64,000 nt of DNA from Octopus bimaculoides. Taxonomy: Eukaryota. Each line of letters starts with the position of its first letter. The first letter of the stretch is position 1. A program made the position numbers and the translations under genes. The DNA lies in contig NC_068984.1 in assembly GCF_001194135.2 (NCBI RefSeq), positions 43,591,067 to 43,655,066 of the forward strand. The letters are read 5' to 3'. The notes below the pieces were generated by a model. It was not told the origin of the DNA. It saw only the letters and a list, made by a program, of their open reading frames with translations, and did no database searches. This document shows positions 37,331-48,647 of the stretch, piece by piece.

Positions 37331-39078
37331 AAAATAATGTTGAGGGTAGTGGATCATAAGAATTAGCAGAGCATCTTGTATTTAATTATGTCCCTTTAAT
37401 ATTCTTAATTCAACTCTTTATTGGTTTGACTCTACCTCTTACTGAAATGTACCAGTTGCATACTCGGGTCGATCTAATCGACTGGCCCCATCCCCCAAAA
37501 TTTTGGGCCTTGTGCCTAGAGTAGAAAAGAATTGTGGGGTTGATAAAATAAGTACCTGTTAAATGCAGAGGTCAATTTACTTAACTACATCCCATCCCCC
37601 AGAATTGAGCTTCTTGTGTCAATGTGAGTAATTAGTATTACAGTAGTGCTAAATAAGCAGAAATAAAAGATTTGGCAGATGAAATGCCTCGTGTTATTTT
37701 CTTTTACCTGTATTTTAATTCAAATCCCACTGGAGTCAACTTTACCTTTCTTCTTTCTGGAATTGATACAATAAGCACTACCCATATCAGCTATACCCTC
37801 GCCATAACTTGTGGTCCAGTTGCTAAGTAAGCCCTAAATTTTAAGGCAGCTTGTCTCACAATAAAGATGAAATAGGTAGAATTAAAAACCAATTTGGGAA
37901 TTCCTTCAAGCAGTTAATCTGTTAATGAACTTGCCTCTTATGAAAAAACATTCTCTACATGTTTCAATTAATTTTGAACGTAATCAAGAATTTAAAGGAA
38001 TTAAGTAAAATAATTAACATTTTCATTTTCCTTGTTTGGAACATAGCAAAATTGCATAAGATATTACGAAAGAAGGTCTTAACTTCAATATAACCATTGT
38101 AAAACAGGCAGTTTTATATCATAAAACCAGATTGGTATCGAAAAGATTAAGCCTTTTAATACCATATGTCTATTCAAGCATAGCTGGTTAGAACTAATGA
38201 ACAACACAACAGTTATTGGGAATTTTTAAGCTGTGAGGTTGATGCCTTCCCCCAAAGGGCATAAGTTCTGCAATGTATGGGAAATAGCTATATTTCATCA
38301 AGTTGTGAACATGCCTTCCTTGAAACATATCATCTATTCAAAACCGCTTTACCTTTATGTTTTTATTAACAATCAATGAATAAGTTTCATTTGTAGACGG
38401 CTATAGTTCTGATATTTTAATATTATTTTATGGTCTATATATGTAGTGGTGCTCCTGTATGGCTACAGTCTAATAACTGAAACAAGTGAAATTTTACGTG
38501 TTCCTCCTCTATACAATGTAATATTTATTTCCCAACTATATAGCATAGCTGTTGGTTAACAAACATATTCATGACTTTTCTAATAATTAATTCTTTAAAA
38601 TTTCCTTTGCTTAATTAGAAATTAAACAAATGTTGGTTATAGAATATTTTTAACAAAACCATAAAATTTGAAATGATATTTGAATAATTCTACTATAGTT
38701 TTTCTAAAAAATACCATATTTGTAGAAGTAAGAAATAGCTGAATTATTGATTGAACTGACCTCAGTGCATTACTTGTATCGTTATAGTTTATTTGGGAGA
38801 GTAAAATTCTCAAAGTTAATCATCAATATTTCTAGAACATAATAAAGCTTATGGGAATTTTGTCAGGCACTTCATTATGTTTTTTCCTGTCATTCACCCT
38901 TAGAAAGAATGTTTCTATGTTGCACAGTGAGCCTAAAGCAAGTATAGTGGAAGAAGTAGTATAGCAATAGCAAGAAATATCTCCAAACTCATAACATCTT
39001 TTGTCTTCCTGTTCTCTACAACACACACACAGAGCAACCACACATATAAGGTAGTCACTTTCTCATCTCTCTCTCTCC

Positions 39079-39117
<39 letters not shown>

Positions 39118-39143
39118 CACATATATATATTTGTACATACATG

Positions 39144-39201
<58 letters not shown>

Positions 39202-39256
39202 TACATATATATATATATCTTCTCTCATCTACCTCTTCCTCTCTATCTTATATATA

Positions 39257-39541
39257 TATGTTTTACTGCGGAAGACCGGTTTATGGGGTTGCCCTGGGTT
39301 TCCTGTCCATAAAGGGTTTAACTTTATGGTGTATCTTCAGACCCCAAGACCTGTTGGCCTAAGACCTAAACAAGGGGGTTATCTCCCTCTCCTCGTTTAC
39401 ATTTGTAACGAGGCTTTTCCCTTCTATATTTTAAAGAGGTCTTAGTTCAACAGGCTTTGGAGTCTGATGATACACCATAAAATTAAACACTTTATGGATG
39501 GGAAACCCAAAGTAAGCTGGCCTTCCCCAGTAAATAACATA
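39257..39541. mobile_element. Fold-back/MITE with ~105-110-bp imperfect arms
   Basis: 39257-39367 versus 39437-39541, e.g. tccataaagggtttaactttatggtgtatcttcagac / gtctgatgatacaccataaaattaaacactttatgga; inserted in a TA-rich site. Confidence 0.8.
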
Positions 39542-39589
39542 GACTGCTCTTCTTCATTGAATGTGCTTCTTCTCTGGATTTAAGTTTTT

Positions 39590-40285
39590 TAAGAACAATA
39601 TATATTTTGGGCATAAGAAGCATCAAATGTGGTGTGAAAGAGTGACGACTGCGTTGGTATAATCATGTGTTGTGTATGGATGAGGACAGCTGTGTGAGGA
39701 AGTGCCACTCCCTAACTGTGGAAAGAACCTGTGGAAGAAGTAAACCCAGGAAGACATGGGATGAGGTGGTGAAGCATGACTTTTGAACATTGGACCTCGC
39801 TGAGGTAATGACAGGAGAAACCTGACAACTAAAGTGGGATCACAGCCATGCATGTCCAGCCCAGTTAAGAGTATTCATGATGCATTGGGCAATATGATAT
39901 GCTTGAGAAGACCTGTTGAGTCAACTAAAACCAATATTGTAGCTGTGGCCAATGACCCCTAACTGTCACCCATGCTGGTGGCATGTAAAAGGCACCATCC
40001 GAATGTGGCTGATGCCAGTGCCCCCTAGCTGGCTCCCATGCCGATGGCATGTGAAAGTACAATCTGAACGTGGTCAATACCAGTCCCCGCTGACTGGCTC
40101 CTGTGCCGGTAGCATGTAAAAAGCACCAACTACACTCTCAGAGTGGTTGGCATTAGGAAGGGCATCCATCTGTAGAAGCATTGCCAGATCAGATTAGAGC
40201 CTGGTGCAGCTGCTGGCTCTCCACACCTCAGTCAAACCGTTCAACCCATGCCAGCATGGAAAACGGACATTATCAATGATGATAT
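39590..40285 (+). mobile_element. RTE LINE 3' end (ORF tail and 3' UTR)
   Basis: RLRWYNHVLCMDEDSCVRKC..LTVE..CGRSKPRKTWDEVVKHD; UTR with three ~66-bp units; tail ccatgccagcatggaaaacggacatt. Confidence 0.85.
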
Positions 40286-40328
<43 letters not shown>

Positions 40329-40349
40329 CACACATATCCATGTGTGCAT

Positions 40350-40407
<58 letters not shown>

Positions 40408-42009
40408 GCGCATGCACATATATGTTTCTAGACATTTGTTCTTTACTATATTTGTCACAATTATTCTATTACATGTATTTTCATATAAAAAAATTACCTT
40501 AAATTTCTCAAGCAATTTACCTATTAGGGGGAATTAGTTTCAGATTTCTGTCTCAATGTCTTTACAATGAGCTATGAACTTTCTACAGACATTTGTATCA
40601 TTCTTGATAGAATTTCTGTGATGGATGCCCACCAGTTTCACCATGTGTAGAGATTGATGATCAATGGTCGATAAAATTTACCTACACACCAAAGCTGTAT
40701 TCTGATCTAGTGCTGCTGAATTTCTTGCTGCCAGTCTCTTTCCCTTTATTGACTTTATAAATTTGTCATAGCAGATTATGGCTTTGGCTTTCAAGTCATG
40801 AAGCATACATCATTTTTATAAAGGTGCAATTAAAAATAAGTTTTACTTCTATTCATTACTGCAGTGAAGAGGTTAGTTTTGAGTTCTACTGTGCTACACC
40901 TAGGTAAGTATTTTTTCACTATAATCTTGGGCCAATCGATGCCTTGTGAATAGAACTGTTAAAACAGAAACTGTTTAGAAGATCAGTGTGTATATACACA
41001 CACACACTCACACATACACATATACTACCATCATCATTATTTAATGTCCACTTTCCATGTTGGCATGGGTTGGATGGTTTAGCAGGATCTGGTGAGCTGC
41101 AGGGCTGCATCAAGTTCCAGTGTCAGCTTTGGTATGGTTTCTACAGCTAGATGCCCTACAGCAATTAAGGAGTAAAAGAGTGTGCAGACAGACACACACA
41201 CATACGTGTGTATATATATACATACATATGTGTATGTATCTCTTTTTCTCCATATATATCTGTTAACCTTTATAGTGAATTTGTACTTTTGGATTGCTCA
41301 CCTTCATTGCACTGTGCTTTACTTGGCTTCTTTTTGGCTTTATATAGTCATTGGCAAGTTGTTACATTTTTTTTAGGTAGATGGTGTTAGGTTGAATGAT
41401 GATTAGGTGTGGTGTTGGTGGAATCATGAAGTAGTTGTGTAGGAAGGTGGGAAAGAGGAGGGTAGAAGGAAAGTACGTGTTTGTAGAGTGTGGCTTTTCA
41501 GAAAGCTATGGTGAGGAGATTTATTTTGGTTTGATGCGAGACTTTGTTATTATTTAGGTCACTCAGGTGTGGAAGTAAGCATGTAAAAAGAAGTGTCAAA
41601 TTCAAGTCATGATATTATTTGTATAGAAAGTTGGTTTTTGTTGCATTTTAGGTGTTCACAAAAGAATGTTAGTAGATAAATCAGTTGATCACACAGTATA
41701 GATTAGACTAACATTGAATTAGTGATTTTGGTGTTCATGGTATTATAGTTCTATTAAAAATTTAAACTGTATTTTGAAAAGGTTACAATTGAGGAGATTC
41801 TGTCTCTATAGATAACTATTCAGCTTTCTATTCTGTTTCTAGTATAACTATTTGTATTTATATTATATTATTGTAGACAAATGGATACAACTAACTGTAT
41901 GATGTTATCTATACATTCAGATAGATGCACAAAGTGAATACATTTTTCCATAAGTATATTCATTTGTAAGGGGATATATATGTATAAACAAAATAAATAT
42001 AAGTATAGC

Positions 42010-42210
42010 AATCATCATCATCATCATCATCATCGTTTAACGCCCGCTTTCCACGCTGGCATGGGTTGGATGGTTTTATTGAGGACAGGCAAGCCAGGAG
42101 GCTGCACCAGACTCCAGTCTGATCTGGTAAGGTTTCTACAGCTGAATGCCCTTCCTAACGCCAACCACTCCAAGAGTGTAGTGGGTGCTTTTTACATGCC
42201 ACCGGCATTG
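42010..42210 (-). mobile_element. RTE-type tail, CpG-retaining
   Basis: (cat)n cgtttaacgcccgctttccacgctggcatgggttgga...cagctgaatgcccttcctaacgccaaccactc. Confidence 0.85.
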
Positions 42211-42397
42211 GTGCTAGTCACAATGTGAATAAATAAGCATTATACTTGACAGAAAAATTTCAATACTAAAGGGTTAAGGATATAATGTGTATATATATAT
42301 ATATCTTTAATGTAATTTCATCATATTGAACCATTAATCTCTACACATTTTTTCTCTATTTTTTTCTATTCTCTCTCCATTTATTTCCCTCTCAATC

Positions 42398-42433
42398 CTT
42401 TCTGACGAAGAGCGTAGGCTTGAAACGTCAAAG
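42398..42433 (+). ncRNA. Near-intact minimal hammerhead ribozyme in a Penelope-like solo pLTR (~42300-42516)
   Basis: cttt-CTGACGA-a-GAGC gtag GCTT-GAAAC-GTC-aaag: intact core, palindromic ACGT stem III, GUC cleavage triplet, 4-bp stem I. Confidence 0.7.
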
Positions 42434-42665
42434 ACTTTTCCGTTCTTCTCAAGATTTTACTAATACAGTTGCTCGTTGTTCCTTCGCCTGTCTTTTGTTT
42501 TCTGTAAATTTGAACTATATATATATATACATACCGTATTTTATCGTGTATAAGGAAACCCCTAATTTTTGGGGCTTAAAATTTGAAAAGAAGGTTTTGT
42601 AAGCGATTAGGTAAATTTTGATAAGCGCAGGTGCCTGCACTTATCGGGTGATGCGTTTCATTTTT

Positions 42666-42725
<60 letters not shown>

Positions 42726-43868
42726 GAGACTATGGATATAGTAAGAAAGGAAGGGCCTTGTATGAAAGCGAGGGCAAACATAAATGAAATACAAACTATC
42801 TTAAATGATACTAATGAGATGTTTTTCATCTCTCTCTCTCTCTCTCACGCACACAAACAAATGTTTAGTACTGTAGAAGAGAAAATAAATGTTTCTTTTC
42901 CTTAAGCACACAAGATATAGTATGTAAATTAAGGATGTGTTTAAAAGATACAATATTTTCCAATTAGAATAAATTTCTTTTCTCACACAACATTTAAGAT
43001 ATAGTTATTCTTTGAAAAACTGATTCTCTAAATCTCGATTAGAGTTTCGGGCGGGAAAACTTGCAAAGGGAAAAATGAATTTTTTAAAATCTGAAACACA
43101 CGATATCATTTGAATCTATTCTGCAATCTGGAATTAATTTTCCCAGTGATTTTAAGAGGTATGAAAAAGATATTTTGTTTTATTATTCTTTTACTTGCTT
43201 CACACAAACACAAAATTTCTCCAGAGGATACGTTCCTGTTGTTACTACTAATTTCTATAACTTTAGCATTTTCACTTCTTTTCAAAGTTGTTTGAATTTA
43301 TATAATCCACACTTTCGAAAAACGCATTTCTGTAAAATGTTGGGGTGGCTGTGAAATTTCCAAGTTTTCCTCCTCACCCCAACCTCCGTTTTCTGGACAA
43401 AAAGTGTTTCGTGGCATATAAGGCAGTCACTGTAAGTCATTAAAAAAAAAAAAAAATTCCAGTGATTCCGGGATGGTGAGGGGTTCTGATTTTCCACTCC
43501 ATATTTTTCCGACCAAAAATAAGGGGATTGCGGCACATTAGGCGGTCAGGGTACTTGATTCTACACAAAAATATCCAAGGTTTTTCTTTTTTTTAGTGAA
43601 CAGTGTGTAGGTGCACTTATGAAAATTTACCGTGTATACCCTTAAAAAGAATATACATGCATATCTATGTATGGATATGCATATATGTACATCTACGAGT
43701 AGATAAGAAGGTATATACGTATATATACATGTATATAAGGTTACATGGAAACGAACATATATACACATATGGTAGTGGTAGGACATACACATCTAAAGTT
43801 AGATGATTGTGAGAGGGTTATTCTTAATTTTTTTCTATTATCTTTCTTGCTATATACGCATTAATATG

Positions 43869-43950
<82 letters not shown>

Positions 43951-44084
43951 TGTAACTGTGAGAGTGTATAGTTGGAGGTACAGCTGTGTATGAGTTTAAA
44001 TGTGGATGTATGGCTGTGTGTACCTCTGTGTGCTTACACACGCACATATGTTTGTGTACGTGTATCTATGTGTATGCATGAGCG

Positions 44085-44136
<52 letters not shown>

Positions 44137-44148
44137 ACCCATTTCTCA

Positions 44149-44216
<68 letters not shown>

Positions 44217-44554
44217 ACACACGCAACCACGCTAATAGGTTAGGAGCGAAGTCTAGGATTTCCAGGTTTTCTACGAATCGATTTTGATAAAACTTTTCCC
44301 AGCTGGTTTGCTTACTATGGCAACACCATTGTTATATTTTCATTATTCTATGTAACGTCCTTTCTTTTTCATTTCAGTTTCTTCAGTGTTTGGGTGAATC
44401 ACGCTAATAGCTTTTGAATGAAAATAGTCCATCTTGACATTTTTTTCAGAAATTGAAGGGTGATGATACATATTAAGCATACATTGAGTATATATTTAAC
44501 AGAAAACCATAATAATATTATAACATTTATTGACATAATGAATTATTTAGCCAC

Positions 44555-45022
44555 ATGAGCGCCAAGGAAGAAACGATCCGATTGTGGCCGCAAGTTACGT
44601 GAGAAACCTGGACAAACAAGCAAAGCCATTTTCATCGCCCCCGGACTTCCTCATGTACCGAAAACCACTCGGAATCGCATTTTTGGGACCATGGCTTCTG
44701 TGCAAGTACCCCATGAAACTGCCTCCTCACAGAAGTTTGAAGCTTCAATGGGCCCAAAAGTACATGACGTTAGACACGAGTTGCGTTCTGTTCACTGACA
44801 AAACCAGGGCAAACCTTGGCGAACCTGGTGGTTGGGCAAATGGTTGGGTCTGTTTTGGAGATGAGCATCACCAGCATTTACGACGTCAACAACAGCGTGG
44901 AGGAATCATGTAGGCTGGTATCATTGGGGACAGATTTGTTGGCCCAGTCACGGTGCCTGAAACGGTTAAAGTGATCACAGCCGCCTACTACAATTTCCCG
45001 AAGGAGGTCTTGGATCCGACTA
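44555..45022 (+). mobile_element. Tc1/mariner-superfamily transposase fragment, resembling DD37E/TRT-type
   Basis: RKLREKPGQTSKAIF...LQWAQKYM..VLFTDKTRANLGEPGGWANGWV...LRRQQQRGGIM*AGIIGDRFVGPVTVPE; truncated by (CA)n and a gap. Confidence 0.75.
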
Positions 45023-45025
45023 GAT

Positions 45026-45065
<40 letters not shown>

Positions 45066-45429
45066 NNNNNNNNNNNNNNNNNNNNNNNNNNNNNNNNNNN
45101 NNNNNNNNNNNNNNNNNNNNNNNNNNNNNNNNNNNNNNNNNNNNNNNNNNNNNNNNNNNNNNNNNNNNNNNNNNNNNNNNNNNNNNNNNNNNNNNNNNNN
45201 NNNNNNNNNNNNNNNNNNNNNNNNNNNNNNNNNNNNNNNNNNNNNNNNNNNNNNNNNNNNNNNNNNNNNNNNNNNNNNNNNNNNNNNNNNNNNNNATATA
45301 TAAATGCCTTTATATACACACGTATACATTTGTGTGTATATATTTTCCTATTGGCACACATACACACATACACGCATATATACATATAAATCTCTAAGTA
45401 CATACATGTGTGCGTGTGTGCGTATGTGT

Positions 45430-45487
<58 letters not shown>

Positions 45488-45990
45488 GATGTTTTACTCG
45501 ATGTAGAGTAAATGAATGCCAAATAATGTATTTTTATTGTACGTCATGTTTCGAATTTTTCTGGGCAGTTACTGTGAAATCTTGTAAAATACAGATTAAT
45601 CTAAGATATTTAAGCATATAGCTACATTTAAAATAAGTAATTTCAAAAAAAAATATTGGTTTAAGTAAGTTTGGTATTTATGTAAGTGATAATAACTCTC
45701 AAGTTGTCGATCTTTCGAACTCTGTACATATAATATGGCGGACAAAGGGAATCAAATTGAATCTATTTCAAAAGGAAAGGCAAACATATAATCGAGAATG
45801 ATTGGTAAACATCGTCAAAAATAGAAAATAAAGACACTAGACATAAAATTTAGTCGAATTATTGTAATGTTTAACGTTTTTATTTTTGATAATTAACCTG
45901 AACATTTTTACAGTTGACCATATGTAGGAAAAAATCTATCAAATCAACTTTTGTCTACAACAATGAGCACACATTCAGGTATGTGAGCGA

Positions 45991-46066
<76 letters not shown>

Positions 46067-46743
46067 ATACTGACTGTGCACATACGCGCATTCACAAGTA
46101 ATGACTTTCTTTCACTTTCAATCGGGCCACCTTATTACCTTTTGTTTGCCATATTATATGTACAGTGCACAAAAGACTGCCCTCAAGTTTACTAGGCTGT
46201 AAAACATATCCCATAAAACATGCCATCTTAATGTAAGGAGTTTTAAACCGGACAAAAAAAAAAATTATTATTAAAGTGATATACTGCAATAAAGAATTTA
46301 TTCGTTTTACATATATCTTTAAATTTAGCTGATTAACAATTTATTCATTACTGGAAAATGATATATTTAATGTCCGCTGCTAAATATGATTGTATTTTAT
46401 TTTACTATAAACTGTTAGCGAGAAATGTAAAAAAAACGTAATTTAGAATTTAGATATAGTACGATATTATGTGTGAATCCATTTGAAATTTGTTGAAACA
46501 TGTTCGACAAAAGATAAACGTAGTTTTTTTCTTTTTTTAAGATTAAAATGATGATTAATAATGTATTTAACTTATCCAGTACTTTTTAACGAATATTATC
46601 ACAGTTTTCATATCAAATTTAATCCTCAAGAATATAAGGCGATTTTTAAGGCAAATGCTGTTTACATTGATTATTAATTTTATAGCAATACTGGAATATT
46701 AAGTAGTAAATTGAAATCATGAGAAATAATGATTCACTCTTAC

Positions 46744-47253
46744 CTTTGCAGGTGTAGAAGAATAGGGCTCGTCAAAGAGAGCCCAAATCTTGGGTTGAAC
46801 TCTTTGCCAACAATTGAGATCTCCAGCCTTATACCTGTCCTCCAATCCGAATTTCTTCATTATGTCCTCCTCTGTAGGTTTATCTGTATCCAGGTCTAAA
46901 CGGTCTAAAATAGTAAGTACGTCTTGTGTGTCTCTATGCTGTGTATAGGTCATCCAACAGCAGGGCTCGACTTGATTCGAGTCGAGCCCCCAAAATTCCA
47001 ATTCCTCTTCAAACAAGGGTCCACATACGTCAGTTGGATAATGTAGTTTTCCAGTACGGTAATAATTGAGGATTTGGGCGAAGACACCAGGATGCCTATC
47101 GAAAAAGTATTCATTAAGTACAGGATCATAGTTAGCTAAAGCTTCTGTAAGACGTGACAAGCGAGTGGCAGGGATTTTTTTAAGTGTCGCTTTGTATGTC
47201 TCGTGGCGAATGCCCCCGACATTGAGTATAACTCTATTGTCAGAATCAGACAT
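46744..47253 (-). CDS. Shaw: Shaw/Kv3 voltage-gated K+ channel, first coding exon (T1/BTB tetramerisation domain to pre-S1, 170 codons)
   Basis: [35 protein letters not shown]...FFDRHPGVF...[33 protein letters not shown], containing the HX5CX20CC Zn motif of non-Shaker T1 domains. ATG at 47253; the ORF-track start at 47271 is a TTG. Ends ...EPYSSTPAK at donor AAG|GTAAGA, phase 0. Confidence 0.97.
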
Positions 47254-47468
47254 ATTGAATGAATATATCAAAATACCTAAAGAAGGCGCATTTTCAAATA
47301 ATTATTAAACATTATAAAATTTGGGTACATCTTTAGAGCCCCATTTTTAGATTTGAGAGAAAAGTGAAAGCTACTATGGATCCAATCAATTTGTATTTCA
47401 TATTCTATCTAAATAATCAACGATCTGCATTTGTTCTGAGCAGTTATAAAAATACTATAGCGACGAAC
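47254..47468 (-). other. 5' UTR portion of the first coding exon (an upstream non-coding exon is implied)
   Basis: Strong acceptor tttttttctcttgcag|GTTCG at 47469/47468; in-frame TAA at 47304-47302 upstream of the ATG. Confidence 0.7.
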
Positions 47469-48529
47469 CTGCAAGAGAAAAAAAATGCATAAACATATGG
47501 GGGTAAGTAACAAATAATTCAAATGAATTAATTTCAAAATTCTGATGATGATGATTAATAACTAACAAAATGTACTTCATACTGCAAATGGATGAATGAT
47601 AGAATTTTAGGTCGAATTATAATATTTATGGTTTAAATTAAAAAAAAAAAACAGTAACAACAAAACATACTTTATCTGTCGGAACAATTATTTTTACTGA
47701 TGAATATCATCAGTAAGTTCAAAGTTGATTACTTGTTGTTTAAAATAAAATAAGGCCATTATCTTTTTCGGTTCTATAAAATAGTTATCATGGAAATGAA
47801 GAAATCTACAATAAGCTTCATGCGGGATTTAGGGAGAGATAGACAATTTGAGAGATGAGAAACAAAAAGGTAGGTGAAACAGATGGTTATATTTGAAAAT
47901 TATGAAGAGCAGTCTGTCATCGGAGTAGTTATGGTAGAGAATGGAGACAGCTCAACAATGAACTAGAATTGATGCTTTTCATTGAGTGAGGATCTATTGA
48001 TCAGAAATTGGCTGACTTCCCAATGCAATCTTGGATGCCAATTGTTGTTGTTGTTGTTTTTTTTCCCAGGTCAATTCATGATCAATCAAACGAATGATTT
48101 AAAAACATTAGCGGTGACCATCAGTTTTTTTTTTTTTACATATTTTCTGACTACATTATTCAGTGTGCAATTCCTACTTTAAGACGGTAGGGTTGGTTTT
48201 AAGAGAGATTTGGTTGCTATTTCTAACACATCGAACCTCCGCCTCATGACTGCTTCCTTAGAATGCCAGTGTTATAAGAAAATGAACAATGTGACAGAGC
48301 CATACGTCACTTATGTGTAACTGAGCCTTATGTAGAATCAACTGTTATTAGAGTATTACATGTTTGTGTGCTAATATGAAGTGCAACATTGATTTCAACA
48401 TGATTTTCTAAAGGCGGATACCATTTGTAGGTCACGTAGAAAAGTAGGCCATCAGCAGATGTTGCTTTTTTGGAAGTCTTATTAATATAGGTAGGTAGTG
48501 TGTGTGCGCGCGCGCGGGCGTGAGACAGA

Positions 48530-48647
<118 letters not shown>

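Noticed and set aside
46717-46743. Read-through VRVNHYFS* after the T1 exon
   Set aside because: It begins exactly at a canonical GTAAGA donor and is simply intron start; there is no evidence for a T1-only isoform.
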